Shown here: piece after piece, positions 19,369 through 29,084 of the stretch | Layout of the letters: each line of letters opens with the position of its first letter | Numbering within the stretch: position 1 is the stretch's first letter | Source: an uncultured Pelagibacteraceae bacterium | Lineage (GTDB): Bacteria; Pseudomonadota; Alphaproteobacteria; Pelagibacterales; Pelagibacteraceae | Length of the DNA: 64,000 bases | NCBI GenBank assembly: GCA_902599575.1 | Contig: CACKFS010000001.1 | Coordinates: 46,545 to 110,544 of the forward strand | Reading direction: 5' to 3' | The notes under the pieces: model-generated | The model's input: the letters and a program-made list of their open reading frames with translations, nothing else | Database searches by the model: none | Told to the model about the DNA's origin: nothing | Program-made: the position numbers and the translations under genes

Positions 19369-20810
19369 TTTTGTTTTATTGTAATTGTTTGATTAAGTTT
19401 AATTTTATTTATAAAAACTTTTTTTCCATTAGTCCATTTAACTTCTATTCTAAAATCTTTTTCATTTTTTCTAATTCCATAATGTGCCACAGGTTCCATT
19501 TGGCATAAATAACCGGATCCAGCATCTATTGTTTTTGAATGCTTTCTTTGATTAGATATTAAAGTTACAGTTGCTCCCCTAGCAGGAGCCCCAAATTTAT
19601 TCATGGGCTTGATCCTTAAATATTTATTATTTTTTTCTACTTTTGCTTTATACAATGTCAAAGGTTGTGCTTTACTTTCCCCGTGAGAAACTAATAATTC
19701 TAAAATACCATCATTATCAATATCAGCTACAGCTGCTCCAGTGCCAAATCCTTGATTCTCAAGCGCCGTTTTTAATTTTATTTCCTCAAATTTTCCATTT
19801 TCATTTATTTTAAATAATTTGTTTGGTTCTGCGATATTGTTCATAAAAACTTCATCGAAACCGTCGTTGTCAAAATCAGCAGAGATAATTGTTCTTATTC
19901 TAGATGGTCTATCGAAAGCTTTGTTTCCTATGTCCTTAAATTCGTTATTTTCTAAAACGTATGCTCTATGATATCCATTCCAATTACCACTCAAAATATC
20001 TAATCTTCCTCTATAATAGATATCAGATAATGCAGTTCCCCTTCCATTCTGTATTACATCATCAACTCTATATTCAAATGCAACATCGTAAAATTTACCG
20101 TTATTATTTTTTAATAGAAAGTTAGCGCCTCTTTCATTTGCTGCAAATATATCGGCTCTATCTGTTAATATATGTCCTGATACTACTGCTCTTCCACCAG
20201 TAACTTTATCCAAATTTAAATTTTCTGCTTTATCTATTATTTTGTTATTTTCGATTTCATAAAATCTAGTTGGTCCGCCATAATTAGCTACATAAATCCC
20301 GTATTCACCACTACCTTTTCTATCAACACAAACTACAGATCTACCTGCAGTTAAGTTTAAATTTTCCCTGTTTTTTTTTAACTCAAATAAGTCAAAAAAA
20401 TTATTATTGTTTTTGTCAATTAGTCTGTCAGAGTATTTTTTTGTTCCACTATAGGTATCTGTATTTAAAAAATAAATTTCCTCAAAACCATCTTTATCTA
20501 TATCACAAGCTGCAACACCAATAGTTTTTCTCTCTCGATCTAAAAAAATATCCTCTTGGATTATGTTTTTTAATTTGCCGTCAATGTAACTTAAGGCTAA
20601 ATTTGGATAACCAAAACCTGTGACGATAAACTCATTATTTCCATCTGCATTAATGTCCGTAACCGAAACCCCGTAGCTAAGCCTGTTTTCATTTATTGTT
20701 ATAATATTTGAAATATCTCTAAAAAATTCTGCACGAGAACTATTAATTGGTAATATTAAAAAAAAAATAATTAAAAATTTATATAAATAATTTACCTTTT
20801 TGATGAACAT
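19365..20810 (-). CDS. CRTAC1-family protein (FG-GAP/VCBS beta-propeller plus ASPIC/UnbV domain)
   Basis: Signal peptide; repeated DxDxDG Ca-binding loops (DINADG, DIDKDG, DFDNDG, DIDNDG); [10 protein letters not shown]; [18 protein letters not shown]. Confidence 0.88.
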   Translation of the reverse strand: MFIKKVNYLYKFLIIFFLILPINSSRAEFFRDISNIITINENRLSYGVSVTDINADGNNEFIVTGFGYPNLALSYIDGKLKNIIQEDIFLDRERKTIGVAACDIDKDGFEEIYFLNTDTYSGTKKYSDRLIDKNNNNFFDLFELKKNRENLNLTAGRSVVCVDRKGSGEYGIYVANYGGPTRFYEIENNKIIDKAENLNLDKVTGGRAVVSGHILTDRADIFAANERGANFLLKNNNGKFYDVAFEYRVDDVIQNGRGTALSDIYYRGRLDILSGNWNGYHRAYVLENNEFKDIGNKAFDRPSRIRTIISADFDNDGFDEVFMNNIAEPNKLFKINENGKFEEIKLKTALENQGFGTGAAVADIDNDGILELLVSHGESKAQPLTLYKAKVEKNNKYLRIKPMNKFGAPARGATVTLISNQRKHSKTIDAGSGYLCQMEPVAHYGIRKNEKDFRIEVKWTNGKKVFINKIKLNQTITIKQK

Positions 20811-20920
20811 CTTTTAGAGCAATATTTAACTTTTTCCCAGTTTAGCTTCCACTTTTTTCTCCATTTAAAAGGCCTTTCACAAACTGGGCACAACTTAGCT
20901 GGTAGGTTTTGTTTTTTCAT
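20792..20920 (-). CDS. DUF2256 family small Cys/Trp-rich protein, 42 aa, absent from the ORF track
   Basis: Manual translation [42 protein letters not shown]; fills the gap between two operon genes and overlaps both. Confidence 0.9.
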   Translation of the reverse strand: MKKQNLPAKLCPVCERPFKWRKKWKLNWEKVKYCSKRCSSKR

Positions 20921-21266
20921 TAAGTTGGTGTTTGTTTTTTAAAAATAAAAAATAAGCTATAAATTCATAAGCATAATGAAATAAAATAAACAAAGGTTTA
21001 AAACTCAAAATTTTTGCTAAAAAATTATATTTTGGTATTTTTGACCAGATAATTATAAATGCTTTAGCTCCACCAATAACTTGTCCATTGTCAATTACAT
21101 GTAATCTTCTTAGAAGTTCTTCCTTAGATTTTGATGTTAAGTCGACTGCTTGTTGATTGTTTGTAATATCTACCCATTCCAAATTCTCATCAGAATTTTT
21201 TTTGTAGTGATCAATTTCGAGTTTACAAATATTACAAGAATTATTAAAAAAAACTTTAACTGGCAT
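20895..21266 (-). CDS. DCC1-like thiol-disulfide oxidoreductase (DUF393)
   Basis: [10 protein letters not shown] (variant of DxxCxxC), WVDI, RLHV..G....GA.AF...W motifs. Confidence 0.8.
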   Translation of the reverse strand: MPVKVFFNNSCNICKLEIDHYKKNSDENLEWVDITNNQQAVDLTSKSKEELLRRLHVIDNGQVIGGAKAFIIIWSKIPKYNFLAKILSFKPLFILFHYAYEFIAYFLFLKNKHQLNEKTKPTS

Positions 21267-22749
21267 TAGTATTTTCCTTTATAAACTTATCAGCTGCAGC
21301 TAGTATAACTTTTTTTCTTTGGGCATTCATCTTGTCATATATTCTTACCATCATTGATAATCTTGGATTTTTTAGAAAAAATGTTCTATTTTTATTTATA
21401 AATCTCCAATAAAGTCCGTCCATAATATTACACCATTCACCTTTTTTAAAATCCATCATTTTGAGAAAATAACTTGATCCACAAATATAAGGTTTGGTAG
21501 CAAAAATTCCTCCATCACTAAATAATCCCATACCATAAACGTTTGGAGACATTACCCAATCAGATGAGTCAACAAACATTTCCATAAACCATTTGTAAAC
21601 ATATATTGGTTTAATCTCACAGAGATTCATAATGTTTGATAAAATCATTAATCTCTCTATGTGATGTGACCAACCATGATCATTAGCATTTTTTATCGCA
21701 TAGTCTAAAGGTGGAAGACCTGTGTTTCCTTGATAAAAAGTGGATTTCATTTTACGATTATGTTTAAAAAAATTACCTGTCTCTAACCTGTTATAAAAAT
21801 TTTGATAAATTCCTCTCATAAATTCTCGCCAGCCAATTACTTGCCTTATATAACCTTCTAAAGAATTTATTCTTATCTTTTTCTTTTTATGACTTTCTAA
21901 AACCTTTTCTAAAATTATTTCTGGAGTTATTAAACCCAAATTTATGTAGGGACTAAGAGCGCTATGAAACAATATATTATTATTTTGGTCAACAGCGTCC
22001 TCATAATCTCCAAATAAATTAGATTTTTCTTTTATAAAAAATTCTAGTAATTTTAAAACATCTTTATATTCAGTTGCGAACCAAAAATTTTCTGTTGAAC
22101 CAGGGTGTGTTGCAAATTTCTTTTCTATAATGTTTTTCAGTTTTTTTGTGTGAACTGTTTGATTGATTTTTGGAAATGAGGGAACTTTAGTTCCTTTAGG
22201 CAGTTTCTTTCTATTATCTTCATCAAAGCTCCATTTACCACCAACAGGATCCTCGCCGTTCATTAAGATGTTCATTTTTCTTCTAGTTTCTTTATAAAAA
22301 ACTGCCATGAATGGTTTTTTTGATTTAGATAAATATTTTTTAAAATCGTCTCTAGTATTAAGAAACATTGGAGACGTAATTATATTTAGCTTTATATTGT
22401 TTGTCTTTGAAAAATCTATAATTTTTTTTTCAAATGGTTTATCCTCTATTTCAAAACACGAAATTTCATTGATTTTATTTTTTTTTAAAATTTTTTTGAT
22501 TTTTAAAAGATAATCATCTCTAAAAGCTGCGTCCTCAATTTTAGAATAATTAATTTTAAAGCTATTTTTTTTTAAATTTTCATAAAATGATCTCATTGAT
22601 GAAAGAAATAAAAGGATTTTAAGTTTGTGGTGTTTTTCATAGGTGCATAAACCGTTATCTTCTGCCATAAAAAAAAGATGGTCTTTTTTGTAGCGGTTTA
22701 GGTATTTTAATGGAAATAATTGATTTCCAAGTATAATAAACAATTTCAT
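21256..22749 (-). CDS. Bacterial (6-4) photolyase, PhrB/CryPro family, apparently lacking the Fe-S cluster
   Basis: ILGNQLF, HKLKI....SMR, GGKWSFDEDNRK, FGDYED, LFHSALSPYINLG, RQVIGWREF, HHIERLM, PNVYGM, TKPY motifs. Confidence 0.9.
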   Translation of the reverse strand: MKLFIILGNQLFPLKYLNRYKKDHLFFMAEDNGLCTYEKHHKLKILLFLSSMRSFYENLKKNSFKINYSKIEDAAFRDDYLLKIKKILKKNKINEISCFEIEDKPFEKKIIDFSKTNNIKLNIITSPMFLNTRDDFKKYLSKSKKPFMAVFYKETRRKMNILMNGEDPVGGKWSFDEDNRKKLPKGTKVPSFPKINQTVHTKKLKNIIEKKFATHPGSTENFWFATEYKDVLKLLEFFIKEKSNLFGDYEDAVDQNNNILFHSALSPYINLGLITPEIILEKVLESHKKKKIRINSLEGYIRQVIGWREFMRGIYQNFYNRLETGNFFKHNRKMKSTFYQGNTGLPPLDYAIKNANDHGWSHHIERLMILSNIMNLCEIKPIYVYKWFMEMFVDSSDWVMSPNVYGMGLFSDGGIFATKPYICGSSYFLKMMDFKKGEWCNIMDGLYWRFINKNRTFFLKNPRLSMMVRIYDKMNAQRKKVILAAADKFIKENTNAS

Positions 22750-22777
22750 AATTTATTTATAAATATTATTATACGAT

Positions 22778-23494
22778 ATGTCAGGAAAATATTTAATTTT
22801 TGGTGCGACAGGTTCTATCGGTTCAAACTTAGCCAGATTAATGGTTGGTAAAAATCAAAATGTTCAACTCATAGGTCGGGATGAAAATGGTCTTAATGTA
22901 TTATCATCTGAGCTTGGCTGTAAATACAGTGTTGTTGATGTTTTAGATGAACAATCTGTTAAAAATTTGAAAAATGAATTTGAGGGACAGGAAATTGCAG
23001 GTATTGCGTATTGTGTTGGCTCTATTGATCTTAAGCCTGTTCGAGCAGTTAAAAAAGATGATTTTATGAAATGTTTTGATTTAAATTTTTTTCCAATAGT
23101 CGAGACTATAAAAAACTTTCAAGATAATTTAAAAAAAAATAAAGGCTCAGTAGTTATGTTTTCAACAGTTGCTGTTCAAAGAGGGTTTACAAATCATAGT
23201 ATTATCGCTTCAGTGAAAGGTGCTATAGAAGGATTAACAGTATCTTTAGCAGCTGAGTTTGCCCCTAATATTAGAGTTAATTGTATTGCTCCTAGTTTAA
23301 CTAAATCAAAAATAGCTGACCCAATACTAAAAAACAAATTAATTGCAGAAGGCGTAGCTAAAGCTCACCCAATGAAAAGAGTAGGTGAAGGAAAAGATGC
23401 TGCTGCAATGGCGCAATTTTTATTATCTGATGATAGCTCGTGGATAACTGGTCAGATAATAGGTGTAGACGGTGGTAGATCTAAATTATCATAA
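22778..23494 (+). CDS. Short-chain dehydrogenase/reductase (atypical active site)
   Basis: GATGSIG, GSIDLKP, FSTVA, IASVKGAIEGL (no Tyr in YxxxK), RVNCIAP, SSWITGQ..VDGG. Confidence 0.88.
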   Translation: MSGKYLIFGATGSIGSNLARLMVGKNQNVQLIGRDENGLNVLSSELGCKYSVVDVLDEQSVKNLKNEFEGQEIAGIAYCVGSIDLKPVRAVKKDDFMKCFDLNFFPIVETIKNFQDNLKKNKGSVVMFSTVAVQRGFTNHSIIASVKGAIEGLTVSLAAEFAPNIRVNCIAPSLTKSKIADPILKNKLIAEGVAKAHPMKRVGEGKDAAAMAQFLLSDDSSWITGQIIGVDGGRSKLS

Positions 23495-23541
23495 TATATT
23501 TTTATTTTTTCGTATTAGTGTAATAATATTCGTTAACAAAC

Positions 23542-25221
23542 TTGGTCGTGAATAAAATTTCTACAGAAGAATTATTTAAAATTGCTTATAATCATTTACA
23601 AAACAAAAATTACTCTAAATCGATTGAACTATTTAATAAGATCCTAACTCATTTTCCAGAAAATTTATCTGTTTTAAGAAATTTACTGCACGCTTATGCT
23701 TTTTCTGGAGACTTTCACAATGCAGAAAATACGATCAAAAAAGTTTTAAGATTAAATGAAAAAGAGCCTTATGTTTATCAATTTTATGCATCAATTTTGA
23801 AAAACCAGGACAAAATTGATGAGATGATTAATCTAATTGAAGAAGGTTTAAGTAAAAATTTAATGAATCCCAAGTGGAAATACCAAAAAGAATTATTGTT
23901 TCCAGTAGTTGTAAAGGATAACGATGAAATTGATAAATTTAGAGCAAAAATAAGTAAATGTTATGACCAAATTTTAGAAAATAGCGAACAACTAGATTAC
24001 GATAATGATCAGATAATACAGACACCTCATTATGAGTCATCTTATAATCAACATGATAATCTTGAACTAAATATCAAAAGTGTAAAAGCTTTAAGAAAAA
24101 TTTATAGAGAATTAAATGAAAATTGTGTTATTGAAAAAAAAGAAAATGAAAAAATAAAAATAGGTTTTATATCAGAATTTTTTACTAATCATACAATCGG
24201 TAAATTATTTAAGAATATTATTTTTAGTCTAGACCAAACAAAATTTAATATTTTTATATTACATTCTAAAAAAACAAAGACCAGCAAACTTTTTAATGAA
24301 TTTATTGAAAAAGAAAAAAATGGTTTTTTGAAAAATGTTAGACTTCCAGAAAAATTAGTTGATAAAATTAATTTTTTTAAAAAGGAAAAATTCAATATTT
24401 TATTTTATCCAGACATCGGTATGTCGGTTGAAATGTATTATTTGTCTCTAATCAGACTTGCTAAACACCAGATAATGTCATGGGGTCATCCTGAAACAAC
24501 AGGTAGTGAAAGTATAGATTTTTTTCTATGCTCTAAAAGTTTAATTACAGATGAAACTTCAAAAAGCTACTCTGAAAAACTATTGTTGATGGATCACTTG
24601 CCAATGATTTATGAATTTCCAAAAATTGAACAAAAGATAAATGATGCAGAATTATCTAAAAATAATATTTACTCCTGTCCGCAAACAATGTTTAAGTTTC
24701 ATCCTGAATTTGATCATATTTTAGCTGAAATACTAAAAAAAGATAAAAAAGGTGTTTTATATTTAATTAAAGATAACAATAAAATTTATTTCAATAAATT
24801 AATTGATCGTTTCAAAAAAATTAAATTTTTTGATCTTGATAGGGTTATTTTTCTTGATCCACTAAGTAGAGATAATTATGTAAATCACTTAGGAACCTCG
24901 TCTGTATTACTAGACCCATTATATTTTGGTGCAGGTAACTCATTTCACGAATCCATGGTATATGGAACACCAACAGTTACAATGCCAACTAAGTATATAA
25001 AATCTAGAATCGTTAGTGCTGCTTATATGCAGATGGAAATTGAGAAACCACCAATAGTTAAAAATAAAAATGAATATGTAGAATTAGCTATCGATATCGC
25101 AAATAGTGATAAATTATTAGAAATAAAAAAATATTATCAAAAGAAAGCTGTTGAAAAACTATTTAACACTACAAAAGCTGGTGAGGAATTTAATCAAATA
25201 CTTCTAAATTTATACCAATGA
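23542..25221 (+). CDS. TPR-containing GT41 glycosyltransferase, copy A
   Basis: N-terminal TPRs; IKIGFISEFFTNHTIG, YPDIGM, RLA..Q..WGHPETTG, CPQTMFKFHP, LDPLYFGAGN motifs. Confidence 0.85.
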   Translation: MVVNKISTEELFKIAYNHLQNKNYSKSIELFNKILTHFPENLSVLRNLLHAYAFSGDFHNAENTIKKVLRLNEKEPYVYQFYASILKNQDKIDEMINLIEEGLSKNLMNPKWKYQKELLFPVVVKDNDEIDKFRAKISKCYDQILENSEQLDYDNDQIIQTPHYESSYNQHDNLELNIKSVKALRKIYRELNENCVIEKKENEKIKIGFISEFFTNHTIGKLFKNIIFSLDQTKFNIFILHSKKTKTSKLFNEFIEKEKNGFLKNVRLPEKLVDKINFFKKEKFNILFYPDIGMSVEMYYLSLIRLAKHQIMSWGHPETTGSESIDFFLCSKSLITDETSKSYSEKLLLMDHLPMIYEFPKIEQKINDAELSKNNIYSCPQTMFKFHPEFDHILAEILKKDKKGVLYLIKDNNKIYFNKLIDRFKKIKFFDLDRVIFLDPLSRDNYVNHLGTSSVLLDPLYFGAGNSFHESMVYGTPTVTMPTKYIKSRIVSAAYMQMEIEKPPIVKNKNEYVELAIDIANSDKLLEIKKYYQKKAVEKLFNTTKAGEEFNQILLNLYQ

Positions 25222-26055
25222 TCTTTTAAAACACTCTATTGTATTTTTTAATAAACAAGCAATAGTCATTGGTCCAACTCCACCCGGGACTGGAGTTATT
25301 GCTTTTGCAAATTTTGAAACTTCATCGAAATCAACATCACCAACTATTCCCTCTTCAGTTTTATTAATACCAACATCGATTACTATAGATCCTTTCTTAA
25401 TCCAGTCACCTTTAACAAGTTTTGGAATTCCAACTGCAACTACTAAAATGTCTGCCTTTAAGCATTCTTCTTTTAAATTTTTTGTTTTTGAATGAGCAAT
25501 TGTCACTGTACAGTTTTCCTTTAGTAAAAGTTGTGTCATTGGTTTTCCATTTAAATTGGATCTACCTAAAACAACTGCTTTTTTTCCATTTAAATTTGGC
25601 TCTATTTTTTTAATCAACAAATGACATCCTAGTGGTGTACAAGGAACCGAACTTTCATACCCAGACGACAAATTTCCTACATTGTTAGGGTGAAAACCAT
25701 CTACATCTTTGTTTGGATCGATTGCATCTATAATTTTTTTGTTATTAATGTGTTTTGGAAGTGGCAACTGTACCAAAATGCCGGAAACATTTTTATCTTT
25801 ATTGAGTTCACTAATCTTTTCTAAAACAGTTTTTTCATCTACTGTATCGGGATACTTAATAATTTCTGATTTAAGACCAATTTCTACTGCTGATTTTTCT
25901 TTATTCCGTACATAAATTTTGCTTGGAGCATATTCACCTATAAGTATTACAGTTAAGCCTGGAACTCGGTTAAATTTTTTTTTTAGATTATTTACCTCAT
26001 TTTTTAAATTTGATCTTAAATCCGCAGCAGTTTTTTTTCCGTCTATTATAGTCAT
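25210..26055 (-). CDS. folD: Bifunctional methylene-THF dehydrogenase/methenyl-THF cyclohydrolase
   Basis: IDGKK, YVRNK, GILVQLPLP, KDVDGFH, PCTPLG, TPVPGGVGPMT motifs. Confidence 0.97.
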   Translation of the reverse strand: MTIIDGKKTAADLRSNLKNEVNNLKKKFNRVPGLTVILIGEYAPSKIYVRNKEKSAVEIGLKSEIIKYPDTVDEKTVLEKISELNKDKNVSGILVQLPLPKHINNKKIIDAIDPNKDVDGFHPNNVGNLSSGYESSVPCTPLGCHLLIKKIEPNLNGKKAVVLGRSNLNGKPMTQLLLKENCTVTIAHSKTKNLKEECLKADILVVAVGIPKLVKGDWIKKGSIVIDVGINKTEEGIVGDVDFDEVSKFAKAITPVPGGVGPMTIACLLKNTIECFKRSLV

Positions 26056-26061
26056 TTTAAA

Positions 26062-26352
26062 TTAAAAAATTAATGGTGCTATATAAAGTTTCATACACAT
26101 TTCTATAAACCATATCAACAAAAGAAGGATTACCGGGGATATATCGATAGCACCCAGATTAGGTAGAAAACCTCTAATCTTTCTTAAAAAAGGCTCTGTT
26201 AGTCTGTATGTAAAATCCAAAACTAAATAAACAAATCGATTTGTAGTATTTAAAACATTAAAAGCAACTAACCAGCTAATTATAACGTTAGCTATAACAA
26301 TATAAGAATATAATTTTAAGATTTGTAATGATAAGTAAAATAGAGCTATCAT
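26062..26352 (-). CDS. yggT: YggT family membrane protein
   Basis: SWLVAFNV.N, LTEPFL..IR..LP.LG.IDISP motifs. Confidence 0.9.
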   Translation of the reverse strand: MIALFYLSLQILKLYSYIVIANVIISWLVAFNVLNTTNRFVYLVLDFTYRLTEPFLRKIRGFLPNLGAIDISPVILLLLIWFIEMCMKLYIAPLIF

Positions 26353-27434
26353 TTTTTTTCGACGTAGATAGATTGACTTGGAAAAGCAAAGGATGCTTTA
26401 TTTTTTTCAACTATCTGCTTTATTTCAATGGCTAATTTTTCTTTGACTTTTAGCCATTCATTCCAACTATTAGTTTTGGTGAAACATCTTACATACATAT
26501 CTATCGAGCTATCTGAAAATTTATCTACTCTAACTGCGAGCCCTACTTTTTTATCGTAGTCATCATTTTCCGTAATATGTTTTTCGATTTGATCTCTTAT
26601 ATTTTTTAACTGATCAACCGTTGTGTCATATTGCAAAGTAATAATCCAACTTATGAGCCAATTAGTTGTTTGGCTTACATTAATAACAGCATTTTCTGCA
26701 AACTGAAAATTAGGAATTATTGCTAATGATTTATCAAACTTTCTAATAGTTGTTGATCTAAATCCTATTTTTTCGACAATTCCTTCGATTGTGCCCTCTA
26801 CTAATATCCAATCACCCATTTTAAATCTTTTTTCTACAAGAACTAAAATTCCAGATATTAAATTTTTAAATAAATCTTGAGCTCCAAGTGCAACAGCTAC
26901 TCCAAATAGACCTAACCCAGCAATAATTGGACCAATTTTTATCCCCCATAACTCTAAAACAGCAGCAGCACCTAAAATAAATATTAGAATTTTTAAAGAC
27001 TTAATTATCCATCCTATCAATTCTCTTGTAAGAATTTTATCTAATCCGCTTAAAATGTATGAAATTGGTTCAATTATTTGATGAATAATCCAAAATAATA
27101 AAATTGTAATTAAGGTTCTGTTTATGGTGTCTACAAAAGATCTGGTGTCCTCAGCAAACGTCATATAATAACTTGCAAAGAAAAAACCTAAAACTATAGG
27201 TAAAAAACGTGCCGGTCCCACCATAGCTTTTACAAAAGTGTCATCTAACTTGTTGGTTGTTCTTTTTGAAATAAGCTCCAGTTTTTTTATAATTAGTTTG
27301 CTAATTAAACCTCTAAAAATTAGAAATATTAAAAAAATTCCTAATCCGATTAATATCTGACCTATATCGATTCCTAAAATTCCTTTGTCCCAAACAGAAA
27401 GAAATAAATTTTTTAAATTAATAAAAACTTCCAT
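26349..27434 (-). CDS. Small-conductance mechanosensitive channel (MscS family)
   Basis: AGLGLFGVAVALGAQD, GDWI, EKIGFRST, IPN, FAFPSQ motifs. Confidence 0.9.
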   Translation of the reverse strand: MEVFINLKNLFLSVWDKGILGIDIGQILIGLGIFLIFLIFRGLISKLIIKKLELISKRTTNKLDDTFVKAMVGPARFLPIVLGFFFASYYMTFAEDTRSFVDTINRTLITILLFWIIHQIIEPISYILSGLDKILTRELIGWIIKSLKILIFILGAAAVLELWGIKIGPIIAGLGLFGVAVALGAQDLFKNLISGILVLVEKRFKMGDWILVEGTIEGIVEKIGFRSTTIRKFDKSLAIIPNFQFAENAVINVSQTTNWLISWIITLQYDTTVDQLKNIRDQIEKHITENDDYDKKVGLAVRVDKFSDSSIDMYVRCFTKTNSWNEWLKVKEKLAIEIKQIVEKNKASFAFPSQSIYVEKK

Positions 27435-27437
27435 ATT

Positions 27438-28136
27438 TTAAATTTTATATAATAAAAATTCCTCTTCACCAGGATTAAACAAAAATATTTTTTTCCATTT
27501 TATCACATTTAAAATTGTTGATGTTTTTTCACCAATACACATTAAGTTAGTATTCATCCAATAGTCAACTAATTCATATTTTTTAATTAATTTTAAAAAG
27601 CTTTTCGCACTATTTTCAGAATAAACATACACTAAATTTGGCATATCTATCTTTAAAGACTCTAAAAATGATAATTCTAAATTTTCGTTATGTTTTACAG
27701 TATAATTTATCAATCTCTCAACATTGTACCCTTCAGAAATTAACTCTTTGTCTAAGGGATATGACACAACATCTCCACTCACATAAAGTATTTTGTTATT
27801 TTTTTCTGATAAATTTTGTTGAATAAGTTCTTTCAAATTTCTAACATTTCCATCAGCTGCAAATACATTTTGAAAACCATTGGACCTTGCAGTTTTTTCT
27901 GTATATGACCCAACACAAAAACATAAAATATTCTTATTAATATTCTTTAAATCTAAAAATCTAATTGCATTAGAACTAGTAAAAATGATCGCGTTATGAT
28001 TATAAATTTTTGTTTCATTATAATCTGATTTGCTAATCTCTAATAAGGGTAAGTTTGATACTTTAAATCCATTAGATTTAAATTTTTGAATTAAATTTTT
28101 TGAATCTTCTAATTGACGAGTTAATAAAATGTGCAT
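27438..28136 (-). CDS. hemD: Uroporphyrinogen-III synthase
   Basis: ILLTR, IFTSSNA, CVG..T, VYSENSA; directly follows hemC. Confidence 0.85.
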   Translation of the reverse strand: MHILLTRQLEDSKNLIQKFKSNGFKVSNLPLLEISKSDYNETKIYNHNAIIFTSSNAIRFLDLKNINKNILCFCVGSYTEKTARSNGFQNVFAADGNVRNLKELIQQNLSEKNNKILYVSGDVVSYPLDKELISEGYNVERLINYTVKHNENLELSFLESLKIDMPNLVYVYSENSAKSFLKLIKKYELVDYWMNTNLMCIGEKTSTILNVIKWKKIFLFNPGEEEFLLYKI

Positions 28137-28137
28137 T

Positions 28138-29049
28138 TTAGTTTTTATATTTGCCTTGTGATATTTTTTTTAAATAGTTTCCAACAATTGATCCAATTTT
28201 TAATGCTTTCCCAATTGTATCAGAATATTCATAAAAATATCTAGACTTTCCATCAACAGAAAATAGCTCAGCTTTTAAAGCTAGTTTTTTTTTTTTAAAG
28301 AATGAATAAATGCCAACTGCTGTACTACAGTCGCCTTTTAAAATTTTTAAAACTTTTCTCTCGGTCTTTGCTCTAATTTCTGTATTTTTATCATTAACTT
28401 TTTCCAAAAGTTTATTAATTTTATTATCATTTTTTCTCGACTGTAGAGAAATTATACCTTGGCCTGCTGCTGGGATGATCTTATCACAATCAAATTCTTG
28501 TGTAATTAAATTAGTCATCTTTAAACTCTTTAAACCTGCTTTGGCCAAAATAATTGCATCATATTTTTTTTCATAAATTTTTTTTATTCTACTATCAATA
28601 TTTCCTCGTATAAGCTTGAATTTTAAATCAGACCTCATCATTTTTAATTGAAATTCTCTTCTAAAAGAAGACGTGCCAATGACAGAGTTTTTTTTTAACT
28701 TTTCGAAAGATAAATTATTTTTACTTATAAGTACTTCTTTTGGAGAATTTCTTTTGAGAAATGTTTTTATGATCAAACCTGACGTTTCTTTATATGGGAT
28801 ATCTTTTAATGAGTGAACAGCTATATCAATTTTTTTTGTAATCAATTCTTTTTCAATATTCTTAACAAATTCTCCTTTGCCACCAATATCAGAAGTTCTA
28901 CGATTTAAAATCTTATCTCCCTTTGTAACAATTTTTTTTAACTCAATTTTTCCATTATAAAATTTTTTAATTTCTCTAATAGCAAGTTCTGCGTATTTAA
29001 CAGCTAATTTACTTCCTCTAACTCCTATGATTATTTTTTTTTTATTCAT
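28138..29049 (-). CDS. hemC: Hydroxymethylbilane synthase (porphobilinogen deaminase)
   Basis: RGSKLA, TKGD, GGKG.F, DIAVHSLKD, GTSSFRR, RGNI, PAAGQG, GDCS motifs. Confidence 0.95.
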   Translation of the reverse strand: MNKKKIIIGVRGSKLAVKYAELAIREIKKFYNGKIELKKIVTKGDKILNRRTSDIGGKGEFVKNIEKELITKKIDIAVHSLKDIPYKETSGLIIKTFLKRNSPKEVLISKNNLSFEKLKKNSVIGTSSFRREFQLKMMRSDLKFKLIRGNIDSRIKKIYEKKYDAIILAKAGLKSLKMTNLITQEFDCDKIIPAAGQGIISLQSRKNDNKINKLLEKVNDKNTEIRAKTERKVLKILKGDCSTAVGIYSFFKKKKLALKAELFSVDGKSRYFYEYSDTIGKALKIGSIVGNYLKKISQGKYKN

Positions 29050-29084
29050 AATATTTAAGTTTACCTATATTAATTAGATTATTT

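Noticed and set aside
28285-28296. Long T/A homopolymers in hemC and other genes as phase-variation sites
   Set aside because: Reading frames are intact and such poly-Lys/Phe codon runs are common at this AT content
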